Assembly: GCA_001803875.1 (NCBI GenBank)
Contig: MHEO01000039.1
Span: forward strand, 1 to 33,819
DNA from: Nitrospirae bacterium RIFCSPHIGHO2_01_FULL_66_17
GTDB lineage: Bacteria; Nitrospirota; Nitrospiria; 2-01-FULL-66-17
DNA length: 33,819 nt
Reading direction: 5' to 3'
The translations under genes and the position numbers were made by a program. Below the pieces are notes generated by a model. That model saw only the letters and a list, made by a program, of their open reading frames with translations, was not told the origin of the DNA and did no database searches. This document shows positions 1-10,978 of the stretch, piece by piece. How positions within the stretch are numbered: position 1 is the stretch's first letter; the number at the start of each line of letters is the position of its first letter.

Positions 1-803
1 AGGCGCCGACGCTCCGCCGCCGTCATCCGGGCCAGCGTCGTCTCGATCTCCTCCACGGCGGCGCGCGGCACGACGGTTTCGTGGAGCTTCGCGGCGTCGT
101 ACACCGTCAACTTGAGGTACAGCGCGGCCGCGGTGGTGACCGTGCCGGCGGTGCCGATCAGGGTGCCCGATCCCGTCCCGTCGCGCAGCCGCGCCGCCTT
201 GCCCAGCGCGGCGCGGATTGCGGCGTCCATTTCACGCCGTTCCGCGTCCAGTGGAGGGTCGTGACGCAGACACCGTTCGCTCAGCTTGACGACGCCGAGA
301 TCGAGGCTGATCGCGCGGTCGAACTCGCCGTCACGGATCCGGATGATCTCCGTGCTCCCCCCACCGATGTCGAGGACGAACGCCTCGGTCGCCCTCTGTC
401 GGCGATCGGAGAAGCCGGCCTGCACGCCGAGCCAGGTCCGACGCGCCTCCTCCTCCCCCGAAATGACCTCGACGTCGAAGCCGATTTCGTCCTTCACCCG
501 TCCGAGAAAATCCGCGGCGTTCTCCGCCTCCCGCACCGCGCTCGTCGCCGCGGCCACCACCGCCTCGACCTCGTACCGGTGCACGACGGATCGGAACTCG
601 CGCAGGGATTCCAGCGCCCGTTCCACCGCATCGGGATTCAGTCGTCCCGTCCGGCCCACGCCCTCGCCCAGACGGGGAATGGCCCGCTGGACGAGACGAT
701 GGCGAACGCGCCCGTTGGCCGTGACGTCGGCAATCAAGAGCCGAAACGCATTGGTCCCGAGATCGATGGCCGCAACGAGGGCGGACGCGGCGGGCGGCGT
801 CAC
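1..803 (-). CDS. ppx: Ppx/GppA family exopolyphosphatase (3' end runs off the window)
   Basis: Not in the ORF track because it is truncated. Manual translation from GTG at 803: MTPPAASALVAAIDLGTNAFRLLIADV...RLGEG...AATSAVREAENA...ISGEEEAR...VLDIGGGSTE...LIGTAGTVTT, all Ppx/GppA motifs. Confidence 0.9.
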   Translation of the reverse strand, partial: MTPPAASALVAAIDLGTNAFRLLIADVTANGRVRHRLVQRAIPRLGEGVGRTGRLNPDAVERALESLREFRSVVHRYEVEAVVAAATSAVREAENAADFLGRVKDEIGFDVEVISGEEEARRTWLGVQAGFSDRRQRATEAFVLDIGGGSTEIIRIRDGEFDRAISLDLGVVKLSERCLRHDPPLDAERREMDAAIRAALGKAARLRDGTGSGTLIGTAGTVTTAAALYLKLTVYDAAKLHETVVPRAAVEEIETTLARMTAAERRR

Positions 804-804
804 G

Positions 805-1119
805 TCAGATCCACGAGTGTGCGGCCAGTTCGTCCCGGAGGCGGCGGGCTTCGGCGAGGAGGCTTTCGATCCGCCGGCAGTACTGCTGCGCCTGATCGTC
901 CGCAGGTTCGATCACGCCGCCGGCGTTCAACCGGCCTGCGATGAACCGTCCGAACTCCTCGTAGACCGCGTCCAGCGCCGCGTCGGTCTCGCGAAGGCGC
1001 CAGCGCAATCGGAGGAACCCGGGAAGCGCCGCGCCGCGGCGGCCGGCCGCCCCCAGGCCTCCCGCCACTGCGTACAGCCCGAGCGTTCCATCCTCGCGAA
1101 TTTTCTTCCACACGTCCAT
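805..1119 (-). CDS. Hypothetical helical protein, 104 aa
   Basis: ATG at 1119 follows GAGGTGAGG. The ORF fills the recG-ppx gap and its stop lies 1 nt before the ppx GTG. Confidence 0.65.
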   Translation of the reverse strand: MDVWKKIREDGTLGLYAVAGGLGAAGRRGAALPGFLRLRWRLRETDAALDAVYEEFGRFIAGRLNAGGVIEPADDQAQQYCRRIESLLAEARRLRDELAAHSWI

Positions 1120-1158
1120 CCTCACCTCACGCCTCCGCGCGCCCCGAGGCGCTCCCCG

Positions 1159-3651
1159 TCATCCGATCGTGCCCAGGGCGAGCCGCACGCCCCACGTGCG
1201 GACCACCGCCGCACGGAGCGCCGCGTGGCGCGGGTCGGCGAGCTGCGGATCCCGGCGCACCACGTCGAAAGCCTCGGTCCGGGCCTGCTCCAGGACCCGC
1301 GCATCGCGCACGAGATGGGCCACCTTGAGATCGGGGAGCCCCGACTGCCGGGTGCCCATCAACTCCCCGGGTCCGCGCAGCGCCAGATCCCGTTCGGCGA
1401 TGACGAAGCCGTCCTGAACCGCGACCATCGCCTCCAGTCGCTCGCGGGCGGCGTCCGACACCCGCCCGCCGGACATCAGAATGCAGACCGACGAGTGGCC
1501 GCCCCGGCCGACCCGCCCCCGGAGCTGGTGGAGCTGGGCCAGGCCGTAGCGATCGGCGTGCTCGATCATCATCACGGTCGCGTTCGGCACGTCGATGCCG
1601 ACCTCGACGATCGTCGTCGCCACAAGGACCTGAATGTCGCCGCGCAGGAAATCCCGCATGACGAGATCCTTCTCGGCCCGGTTCAACCGGCCGTGGAGCA
1701 GACCGACGCGCGCGTCGGCAAACACGTCGCGTCGGAGACGGGCGGCCAGCATGACCGCCGACCGCGCGTCGTCCTCGGCCGACCCCTCCACCAGCGGCGC
1801 CACCACGTACGTCTGGCGCCCGGCCCGCAGCTCGCGGAGCACCAGGTCGTTCGCGACGCGTCGCTGGCCTTCGCCGTACCACCTCGTCTCGACGGGTCGC
1901 CGGCCGGCCGGCAGTTCGTCGATCACGGAGATGTCCAGGTCGCCGTACACGCTCAACGCCAGGGTTCGGGGAATGGGCGTGGCGGTCATGATGAGCACAT
2001 CGGGGTGGTAGCCCTTCCCGACCAGGTGCGAGCGCTGGAGCACGCCGAACTTGTGCTGTTCGTCGATCACCGCCAACCCGAACCGGGCGAACCGGACGTC
2101 GGGCTGCACCACCGCGTGGGTACCGACGAGGCAGTCGACCTCCCCGCGCGACAGCCGGTTCAGCACCTCCGACCGCTCCCGTCGCGACAGGTCGCTGGTC
2201 ACCATGGCGACACGGACCCCGAGCTCGCCGAGAACCTTCTGGAGATGGCGGTGGTGTTGCTCGGTCAGCAATTCGGTCGGCGCCATCACGGCCGACTGGT
2301 ACCCGTCGCCCGCCGCCATCCAGATCGCCGCGGCGGCCACCAGGGTCTTGCCGCACCCCACGTCGCCCTGGATGAGCCGGTTCATCGGCCGCGCGGCCGC
2401 CATGTCCGCCAGCACCTCGCCGACGACGCGTCGTTGAGCCCCGGTGGGCTGAAACGGCAGGGACGACCACAGCGTCTCAAGCCGCACAGGGTCGCACCGG
2501 AACACCACACCGTCCCGTTCCCCGAGCGTCCGGCTGCGCCTCATCGCCAACCCGATCTCGAGGAGGAACAGTTCCTCGAACACCAACCGCCGATGGGCGG
2601 GGCTTGCGCCCGCGTTGTACTGCGCGAGATCGGCCTCGGACGGCGGAAAGTGGGCGGACCGGATCGCATCCGGCCGCGGAAGCAGGCTGTGCCGCGTTCG
2701 CACCTCTTCGGGCAGGCACTCCTCGTCGATCCCCGCCGCCGTCGCGAGAACGTGGTCCACGAGCACCCGCAGGGCGCGGGAGTTGAGGCCGCGGGTCTCG
2801 TGGTAGATCGGCGTCAGGCGGCCCGTGTGGAGCGAGCCCGCGTCCCCTGGAGCGAGAATCTCAAACTGGGGATTCTCCATGACGCCCACGGACAGGAGCC
2901 CCTCCAATTTGACCCGACCGCTGCACATGAGCATCTGGCCAGGCGCCAGCCGGCTCCCGAGATAGGACTGGTTGAACCATTTCAGCGCGAGGGTGCCGGT
3001 TGAATCGCCCAGGAGCGCCTGGACAATGCGCAGGGCGCGGCGCGACGTGACGATCGCGTCGACGGACAAGAGCGTACCGCAGACGGTGACGTCCTCGCCC
3101 ACACGGAGTGAGCCGAGGGGGATCGGATGGGCCCGGTCGACGTAACGCCACGGCAACATCCAGAGCAGGTCGCCGATCCGCTCGACGCCGAGACGAGCGA
3201 GCGATGCCGCCTTCCGAGACCCCACGCCGGGAAGATCCTGGATCGAAGCCGCAAGATCGATGTCGATGGGAAGCGGGGCCGGCTTGGCGGGCTCCCCCCG
3301 AACGGCGCCACCCCCTCCACGACGCAAGCCCTCCAAGACGTCACGAACGCGTTGCAGACGGTCTCGGCGGGTCTCGATCGGCAGACCGTCATACCCGTCG
3401 AGGAGACTCTGCAGGCGGCGCAACTGCGGATGGATCGACCGGAGCTCGGGGACGGCGAGGCCGTCGGCAATCCCATGCACCAAAAACGCCCCCAGGTTCC
3501 GGACGACCCCCAGCTTCGCGCCGGCCGCCCGACACGCAAACTCGACGGGCCCCTTCAATCGGTCCACGTACGCCGTCAGGCCGGGCGCCGGCTGGTTCGG
3601 CGCGACGGCGGCCGACCGGTCGGCCCTCGCTTGAACTTTGGGCGGCGTCAT
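1159..3651 (-). CDS. recG: ATP-dependent DNA helicase RecG (N-terminally extended; start uncertain)
   Basis: Wedge domain plus [49 protein letters not shown] and [12 protein letters not shown] motifs. Confidence 0.95.
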   Translation of the reverse strand: MTPPKVQARADRSAAVAPNQPAPGLTAYVDRLKGPVEFACRAAGAKLGVVRNLGAFLVHGIADGLAVPELRSIHPQLRRLQSLLDGYDGLPIETRRDRLQRVRDVLEGLRRGGGGAVRGEPAKPAPLPIDIDLAASIQDLPGVGSRKAASLARLGVERIGDLLWMLPWRYVDRAHPIPLGSLRVGEDVTVCGTLLSVDAIVTSRRALRIVQALLGDSTGTLALKWFNQSYLGSRLAPGQMLMCSGRVKLEGLLSVGVMENPQFEILAPGDAGSLHTGRLTPIYHETRGLNSRALRVLVDHVLATAAGIDEECLPEEVRTRHSLLPRPDAIRSAHFPPSEADLAQYNAGASPAHRRLVFEELFLLEIGLAMRRSRTLGERDGVVFRCDPVRLETLWSSLPFQPTGAQRRVVGEVLADMAAARPMNRLIQGDVGCGKTLVAAAAIWMAAGDGYQSAVMAPTELLTEQHHRHLQKVLGELGVRVAMVTSDLSRRERSEVLNRLSRGEVDCLVGTHAVVQPDVRFARFGLAVIDEQHKFGVLQRSHLVGKGYHPDVLIMTATPIPRTLALSVYGDLDISVIDELPAGRRPVETRWYGEGQRRVANDLVLRELRAGRQTYVVAPLVEGSAEDDARSAVMLAARLRRDVFADARVGLLHGRLNRAEKDLVMRDFLRGDIQVLVATTIVEVGIDVPNATVMMIEHADRYGLAQLHQLRGRVGRGGHSSVCILMSGGRVSDAARERLEAMVAVQDGFVIAERDLALRGPGELMGTRQSGLPDLKVAHLVRDARVLEQARTEAFDVVRRDPQLADPRHAALRAAVVRTWGVRLALGTIG

Positions 3652-3659
3652 GCTATGGT
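3631..3659 (+). promoter_or_regulatory. Sigma70-type promoter of rpmB
   Basis: TTGAAC-N17-TATGGT with an extended -10 TG, upstream of the AAAGGAG SD and ATG 3696. Confidence 0.6.
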
Positions 3660-3695
3660 ACGCAAAATGTTGTTCGCTTGAAAGGAGCAAGAGCC

Positions 3696-3887
3696 ATGGC
3701 ACGGGTGTGTGAAATCTGCAGCAAAGGGCGACAGGTGGGATTCAATGTCAGCCACGCCAACAATAAAACCAAGAAGGTCTGGGAGCCGAACCTCCACCAG
3801 ATTCACGGGGTGATCGCCGGCGTCGTCCGGCGCATCAAGGTGTGCACCCGCTGCTTGAGGTCCCAGCGGGTCCAAAAGGCGGTCTGA
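3696..3887 (+). CDS. rpmB: 50S ribosomal protein L28 (Zn-ribbon form)
   Basis: [33 protein letters not shown]...KVCTRCLRS; SD AAAGGAG. Confidence 0.97.
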   Translation: MARVCEICSKGRQVGFNVSHANNKTKKVWEPNLHQIHGVIAGVVRRIKVCTRCLRSQRVQKAV

Positions 3888-3890
3888 GTC

Positions 3891-4673
3891 TTAGAACGTA
3901 TACGACGCTCCCAGCAACGCCCCGTAGTCGGGGCTGGGGGACGTCAGCCCCGTCACCAGCGAGCTGTCCAGGCTCACCCGTCGGTTGACCCGATACACCA
4001 CACCCAGCAACACCGTGAGCGGGTCCCCCGCGTCCGTGGGATCTCGATTGGTTTCCCCCGCCAGCTCGCTGACCACGGTGATGGCCGGCAAAATTGTCTC
4101 GTATTCGAAGGCGAGCGCGTAGTTGATCACATTGTCATACGCCCGCCCCGGCGCGTTGCCGACGAACGTGTAGCCGAGGTTGAAGTGAACGGTCAGGGGG
4201 AGGAATTCTTTCGTCGCGATCCCCATGAACCCGAGATCCGCCTCCCCCGTACACGCCGGCACCGGTGAGACCGCACCGCTTTCATCGCAACTTGGAAATT
4301 TCACCACCACCTCGCCGGCCAGGGACAAGGGGTTGGCCTCGCGCCCCTTCACGAACAGAATCTTCGGCCGCAGGGTGACGTCTCCCACGCCCTGGGTGCT
4401 CCCCGTCCCGCTCACGAAGACATACGGCGCTTGCACCTTGAAGTTGAGGTTGTTCAGCAGACCGTAGGTCAATTCGGTCATGAGCGTGTAGCGGGTGGCC
4501 TGGGATGAAAACCGCGCCGACTCCACGCCGACATCGAAGCGCGACACCCCGTGGTCAAGCGTCGGCCCTCGCTCGGTCGCGACAAAGGGCCTCGCGGCCT
4601 GGGCCCCGATCGCCGCCGCGAGCACGATGCCGCCCGCCACGGCCCCAATGAGCGGCCTCTTCCCGTTGGTCAT
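3891..4673 (-). CDS. Putative outer-membrane beta-barrel (MetA-pathway/phenol-degradation 'transporter'-like)
   Basis: Signal peptide ending AQA, RPFVATE N-terminal motif, GVGDVTLRPK, alternating beta-strands and a C-terminal aromatic GASYTF. Confidence 0.7.
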   Translation of the reverse strand: MTNGKRPLIGAVAGGIVLAAAIGAQAARPFVATERGPTLDHGVSRFDVGVESARFSSQATRYTLMTELTYGLLNNLNFKVQAPYVFVSGTGSTQGVGDVTLRPKILFVKGREANPLSLAGEVVVKFPSCDESGAVSPVPACTGEADLGFMGIATKEFLPLTVHFNLGYTFVGNAPGRAYDNVINYALAFEYETILPAITVVSELAGETNRDPTDAGDPLTVLLGVVYRVNRRVSLDSSLVTGLTSPSPDYGALLGASYTF

Positions 4674-4681
4674 GGGGCGGG

Positions 4682-4710
4682 ATTGTACGGATTTTCGTTC
4701 CGACGGTCAA
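4682..4710 (-). promoter_or_regulatory. Sigma70-type promoter of the beta-barrel gene
   Basis: TTGACC-N17-TACAAT on the minus strand; the -10 ends 8 nt before ATG 4673. Confidence 0.65.
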
Positions 4711-4817
4711 GGATGGGCTTGAAGTCGACGGACGGCTCGACGTTTTTTCCCCTTCTGCTATCCTTAACCGCGCTTCGGTCCTTGCACCACATTCACTGTC
4801 CTCGAAAGGAGCGCACC

Positions 4818-5228
4818 ATGGAGAAGGCCGTCCGCGAAAACATCAATGTCCTAGTGGTCGACGACGAAGTCGGGCCCCGTGAATCGCTCAAGATGATCCT
4901 GAAACCCTTCTATCACGTGTATACGGCGGAGAACGGAACCGATGCCCTGGCCCTGATGAAGGCAAACAAAATCGACCTCGTCACCCTCGATCTGAAAATG
5001 CCGGGCCTCCACGGCACGGAGGTGTTGCAGGCGATCAAGCGCGACCACCAGGGCACCGAAGTGGTCATCGTGACGGGATTCGGCGGTCTGAAGACCGCGG
5101 TGGACGGCATCCGGTTCGGCGCGTCCGACTATCTCCTCAAACCATTCAACATCACCGAAATGTTGACCACCATCCGACGGGTGCTCGACCGTCGCCCCTC
5201 GACCGCATCCCCGACGGCCGCGGCCTGA
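4818..5228 (+). CDS. Single-domain response regulator (receiver)
   Basis: VLVVDDE, phosphoacceptor LDLKMP, VTG and LLKPF motifs; SD AAAGGAG; no output domain. Confidence 0.9.
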   Translation: MEKAVRENINVLVVDDEVGPRESLKMILKPFYHVYTAENGTDALALMKANKIDLVTLDLKMPGLHGTEVLQAIKRDHQGTEVVIVTGFGGLKTAVDGIRFGASDYLLKPFNITEMLTTIRRVLDRRPSTASPTAAA

Positions 5229-5230
5229 TT

Positions 5231-6979
5231 CTACGCAGGCGGCGACTCGCGCCCTCGCGGCGCCTCGATGGCGTGGGCGTGATCGTGATCGAAGGATCCT
5301 CCCTGAGGCGCCGCAGACACGAGACGGATCATCTCTTCCGCGTGGCGCAGGGCGGTCGACGTCACCGTCTCGCCGGCCAGCATCCTGGCGATCTCGCGCA
5401 CGCGCTCCTTGGGAGCCAACAGGCGCGCGCGGGTCGTGGTCCGGCCGCGCTGGACCGATTTTTCCACCAGGAGATGGGTGTGGGCGCCGCTCGCCACCTG
5501 GGGAAGGTGGGTGACGCACAGGACCTGGCGGTGCGCGGCAATCGCCTGGAGGCGTCGGCCGACGACCTCGGCAACCGCGCCTCCCACCCCGGTGTCCACC
5601 TCGTCGAAAATCAACGTCGGCACCTGATCGATCTGGGCCAGGACGGTCTTCAGCGCGAGCATGAGGCGCGACAGCTCGCCGCCCGACGCGATCTTCTTGA
5701 TCGGCTTGGAGGGCTCCCCCGGGTTGGCGCGAATGCAAAACTCCACGCGATCGCTCCCTCGCGGTCCCAGGGTCCCCGTCTCATCAAGCGCCTCGATCAT
5801 CACGTCGAAACGGGCGGTCATCTTGAGCCGCTCCAGCTCGACATTCACCGCCGTTTCCAAACGCGCCGCGGCCGCAAGCCGTTGGTCGTGTAACCGGGTC
5901 GCGAGCCCGTCCAGGCGGCGCCGCTGCTCGTCCACCCGCTCCGCCAGGTTGAGGCCGGTTTCAGCCTCCGCCTGGAGCGCCGTCAGGGCAGCCCGCTTCG
6001 AGGCCAGCAGTCCGGCGAGATCGTCACCCGAGACGCCGTATTTTCTCCGTAGGCGCTGCAACAATTGCAGGCGCGCCTCGATGCCGTCGAGCCGGCCTTC
6101 GTCCTGGGGAAGCCCCTCCGCGTACCCGCGCAACTGCGCCGCCACGTCCTGCAGCTGAATCAACGCGGCGCGGGCCAGGCCGGCCGCATCGCCCATCCGC
6201 CCGTCCACGCCGGCGAGTTCATCCACCTCGTCGCACGTGGTGCGGATCTCACCCAGCACGCACGCGTCCTGTTGGTGCAAGCGTTCGTACGCCCGGCGTG
6301 CGGTCTCCCGCAGCCGTTCCGCCTGCCCCAGGATCACCCGTTCCCGCTCCAGGGCTTCGTATTCGCCGGGCTGCACACCTGCCGCGGCGAGCTCGTCGAC
6401 TTCGGCCGCGAGTAGTTCCAGGTCGCGAGCCCTCGTGGACTCCCTGGCTCTCGACGCGTCGAGCTCCCGGCGCAGCAAGGACCACCGCGCCCAGGTGTGA
6501 CCATAGTCGGCGATCACGTCGTCGAGCCGCGCGTAGGCGTCCAGCAGCGTGAGGGGGATGTCGGCGCGAAGCAGTGACTGGTGGTCGTGCTGCCCGTGAA
6601 GATCGACCAGACGCTCGGTCACCTGGGCAAGCATACCCACGGTGATCGGCCGTCCGTTGAGGTACACCCGGCCCTTGCCCGCCCTGGTCAACACCCGCTG
6701 GACGACAAGCTCCCCCTCGTGCTCGTACCCCATGGCTCGAAGCTCCGACGCGGCCGGAGCCTCATCCTCGATGGCGAACGCGGCCTCGATGACCGCCTCG
6801 TCCTTGCCGGTCCGGATCAGGTCGGGGGAGCTTCGGCCGCCCAAGATCATCGTCACCGCATCGATGAGGATGGATTTCCCGGCGCCGGTTTCGCCGGTAA
6901 GGACGTTGAGATGGGAACCGAACGTCAGGTGGACCTGATCGATGAGGGCGAAATCCTGGATCCGGAGGTCACGGAGCAT
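5231..6979 (-). CDS. recN: DNA repair protein RecN
   Basis: GETGAGKS, DLHGQHDHQSLL, ASGGELSRLMLAL, IFDEVDTGVGG, VTHLPQVA. Confidence 0.97.
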   Translation of the reverse strand: MLRDLRIQDFALIDQVHLTFGSHLNVLTGETGAGKSILIDAVTMILGGRSSPDLIRTGKDEAVIEAAFAIEDEAPAASELRAMGYEHEGELVVQRVLTRAGKGRVYLNGRPITVGMLAQVTERLVDLHGQHDHQSLLRADIPLTLLDAYARLDDVIADYGHTWARWSLLRRELDASRARESTRARDLELLAAEVDELAAAGVQPGEYEALERERVILGQAERLRETARRAYERLHQQDACVLGEIRTTCDEVDELAGVDGRMGDAAGLARAALIQLQDVAAQLRGYAEGLPQDEGRLDGIEARLQLLQRLRRKYGVSGDDLAGLLASKRAALTALQAEAETGLNLAERVDEQRRRLDGLATRLHDQRLAAAARLETAVNVELERLKMTARFDVMIEALDETGTLGPRGSDRVEFCIRANPGEPSKPIKKIASGGELSRLMLALKTVLAQIDQVPTLIFDEVDTGVGGAVAEVVGRRLQAIAAHRQVLCVTHLPQVASGAHTHLLVEKSVQRGRTTTRARLLAPKERVREIARMLAGETVTSTALRHAEEMIRLVSAAPQGGSFDHDHAHAIEAPRGRESPPA

Positions 6980-7028
6980 TCCTCGCCCCCGCCGTCACGA
7001 GTGGGAGGGGACGCCTCGCACGACGCCC

Positions 7029-7361
7029 CTACGAGACGGCCAGCAATGAATCGATTTTCTCTTTGAACTGTTGCTTGGACGCGGCGCCGACGATCTTCTC
7101 GACCGGCTTCCCATCCCGAAAAAAGATCAGTGTCGGAATACCCATGATCTGGTAGCGGCTGGCCACGTCCGGATTTTCATCCGTGTTCAGCTTGGCGACG
7201 GTCAGCCGACCGGCATACTCGGTCGCCAGCTCCTCGATGGTGGGGGCGATCATCAGGCACGGCCGGCACCACGCCGCCCAAAAATCCACCATGATCAGCC
7301 CCTTCGTCTTTAACACCGCCCCTTCCCACGTGGCAGCGTCGACCTTCAGCGCCTGACCCAT
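7029..7361 (-). CDS. trxA: Thioredoxin (WCRPC active site)
   Basis: MVDFWAAWCRPC, KLNTDENP and GIPTL in a 110-aa protein. Confidence 0.93.
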   Translation of the reverse strand: MGQALKVDAATWEGAVLKTKGLIMVDFWAAWCRPCLMIAPTIEELATEYAGRLTVAKLNTDENPDVASRYQIMGIPTLIFFRDGKPVEKIVGAASKQQFKEKIDSLLAVS

Positions 7362-7388
7362 ACCGTTCCCCCTTGCGATGTGGCCGAA

Positions 7389-7418
7389 ATCCTATCGCAC
7401 CGCGAACGATCCTGTCAA
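7389..7418 (-). promoter_or_regulatory. Possible trxA promoter
   Basis: TTGACA-N18-TAGGAT immediately after the groEL terminator. Confidence 0.45.
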
Positions 7419-7420
7419 CG

Positions 7421-7455
7421 AAAAAGCCGCGGCCCCTCGCGAGAGGGGCCGCGGT
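7421..7455 (-). terminator. Intrinsic terminator of groESL
   Basis: CCGCGGCCCCTC-TCGC-GAGGGGCCGCGG stem followed by CTTTTT on the minus strand. Confidence 0.85.
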
Positions 7456-7478
7456 CACAATCTCTATCTGGGATGATT

Positions 7479-9146
<1,668 letters not shown>

Positions 9147-9203
9147 TCACAGGCCCCGTTTTCACGGGCCGAGAAGCGAAGTCCATTGACGTTTCTGTCC
9201 TCG

Positions 9204-9497
9204 TTACTTTTCTAACACGCCCAGAATGTCTTCCTCTTTGAGGATGAGGTAATCGGTGTCGTCGAACGAGATCTTGCTGCCCGAATATTTATCGAACAGC
9301 ACCTCGTCGCCGACCTTGACTCCCTTCACTTCGCCGCCGATCGCCTCGATCCGACCCCGTTGCGGTTTCTCCTTTGCGGCGTCGGGAATGTACAACCCCC
9401 CACTCGTCCGCTCCTGCTCTTCGGAATAGCTGACGAACACGCGCTCCTTGAGCGGTTTAAAGTTGACCTTCTTTCGGGTTGCCGTCTCCGTTCCCAT
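9204..9497 (-). CDS. groS: Co-chaperonin GroES
   Basis: FKPLKERV, TSGGLYIPDAAKEKP, VKVGDEVLFDKYSG, ILKEEDILG; SD AAGGAGGAG before ATG 9497. Confidence 0.96.
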   Translation of the reverse strand: MGTETATRKKVNFKPLKERVFVSYSEEQERTSGGLYIPDAAKEKPQRGRIEAIGGEVKGVKVGDEVLFDKYSGSKISFDDTDYLILKEEDILGVLEK

Positions 9498-9526
9498 CGG
9501 ATCTCCTCCTTGCTGAACAGGTGGTG

Positions 9527-9553
9527 GTAGCACTCATGGCCGTCGAGTGCTAA
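9527..9553. promoter_or_regulatory. CIRCE element (HrcA operator)
   Basis: GTAGCACTC-N9-GAGTGCTAA, one mismatch from TTAGCACTC-N9-GAGTGCTAA, upstream of groES. Confidence 0.93.
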
Positions 9554-9554
9554 C

Positions 9555-9583
9555 AATATACTGAAGCCATTTTCAAAAATCAA
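9555..9583 (-). promoter_or_regulatory. Sigma70-type promoter of groESL
   Basis: TTGATT-N17-TATATT directly abutting the CIRCE element. Confidence 0.75.
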
Positions 9584-9613
9584 GCACTTTTTTTCTTACC
9601 GTAATTCAACAGG

Positions 9614-10978
9614 TTAGATGCTGTTACCAGCTCCTGCCGCCGGAGCGTCCTGAGGCTTGTTCAAAAAATCTTTAAATACTGCCCAGCTTTTGAGCAGTTC
9701 GATGGCCTTTTGGAGCTGGAGATCCTCATCCGGTCCCACGCGAGGTTCATCCGGAATCGGCGTCAGCTCGGGGGTTTCCTGGGGCGTGGTCGGGGCCGGC
9801 GTGTCGCTTTCATTTTTGAGATGCCGCTCAAGGTCGCGCTCCCGAACCGCGGGGCGCCGAGGCCCCTCCTTGACGGGCGCGATGCGGACCGTGATCGTGG
9901 GATCGATCCCGGTGTTTTGGATCGAACGGCCCTTCGGCGTGTAGTACTTCGCGGTGGTCAGCCGCAGCCCGGACCCATCGCTCAACGGGATGACCGTCTG
10001 GACCGAGCCCTTGCCGAACGTGGTCGTCCCCACCACCACCGCCCGTCCCCAGTCCTGCAGCGCGCCGGCCACGATCTCCGAGGCGCTCGCGCTGCCTTCG
10101 TTGACAAGGACGATCATCGGGAGGTCCAGGATCGGGTGCGCACCGTCCGCCGTGTAGTCTTCGCCCTTGCCCTGGCGACCCTTGATCGACACGACGGCTT
10201 TGCCCTTCGGCAGAAAGAGTTCCGAGACCTCCACCGCGGCGGTCAAGAGCCCGCCCGGGTTATTGCGGAGGTCCAGGACCAGCGACTGCACCTTCTGCGA
10301 ACGAAGCGCGTCCAGCGCCTTGGTCAGATCCTTGCCGCTCTGCTCCTGAAATTGCGTCAACCGCAGGTAGCCGATGCCGTTGTCGAGCATCTTGTGGCGC
10401 ACGCTCTGGATCTTGATGATCTCCCGGACCAGCGACACGTCGAAGGGCGCGGCGCCCCCCTCCCGCTCGACGGTGAGGACAACCTTGGTGCCCTTGGGAC
10501 CGCGCATCTTGTTGACCGCGTCCATCAGGCTCACGTCCTTCGTCGACACCCCGTCGATCTTGACGATCCGGTCGCCGGCCTTGATCCCCGCCCGATCCGC
10601 GGGCGTATCCTCGATCGGGGCAATCACGGTCAGCCGCTCCTCCTTCAAGCCGATCTGGATGCCGAGGCCGCCGAACTCTCCCTTGGTATCAACCTGCATT
10701 TCCTTGTACATCTCAGGCGGCATGAAGGCCGAATGGGGATCGAGGGTGTTCAGCATGCCGCGGATGGCGCCGTAAATGACGTCCCGCGTCGTGGTCTCTT
10801 CCACGTAGTGGCGCTGAACCTGGTTGAGCACCTCGGTGAACGGTCGCAGCTCTTCGTACGTTTCGGCTTGCTCGGCCAGCCCCTTGCTCTCCAGCACCTT
10901 CCCGGACAGCATCCCCGCGAGAAACACCGCCACGATTCCCAGGGAGAGCCAGCCCGAGCGTCTGCGTTGATCGATCAT
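9614..10978 (-). CDS. ctpA: Carboxyl-terminal processing protease (S41A, PDZ)
   Basis: LDPHS, GEFGGLGI, DLRNNPGG, GSASASEIVAGALQD, TFGKGSVQ. ATG overlaps the envC stop (ATGA). Confidence 0.93.
   Translation of the reverse strand: MIDQRRRSGWLSLGIVAVFLAGMLSGKVLESKGLAEQAETYEELRPFTEVLNQVQRHYVEETTTRDVIYGAIRGMLNTLDPHSAFMPPEMYKEMQVDTKGEFGGLGIQIGLKEERLTVIAPIEDTPADRAGIKAGDRIVKIDGVSTKDVSLMDAVNKMRGPKGTKVVLTVEREGGAAPFDVSLVREIIKIQSVRHKMLDNGIGYLRLTQFQEQSGKDLTKALDALRSQKVQSLVLDLRNNPGGLLTAAVEVSELFLPKGKAVVSIKGRQGKGEDYTADGAHPILDLPMIVLVNEGSASASEIVAGALQDWGRAVVVGTTTFGKGSVQTVIPLSDGSGLRLTTAKYYTPKGRSIQNTGIDPTITVRIAPVKEGPRRPAVRERDLERHLKNESDTPAPTTPQETPELTPIPDEPRVGPDEDLQLQKAIELLKSWAVFKDFLNKPQDAPAAGAGNSI

Noticed and set aside
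286-3003. 905-aa plus-strand ORF, and similar long ORFs at 7380-9215, 9710-11050, 11570-13285, 19762-20889 and 23675-25219
   Set aside because: Antisense shadows of well-supported genes. They are Arg/Pro-rich with no motifs, as expected at high GC.
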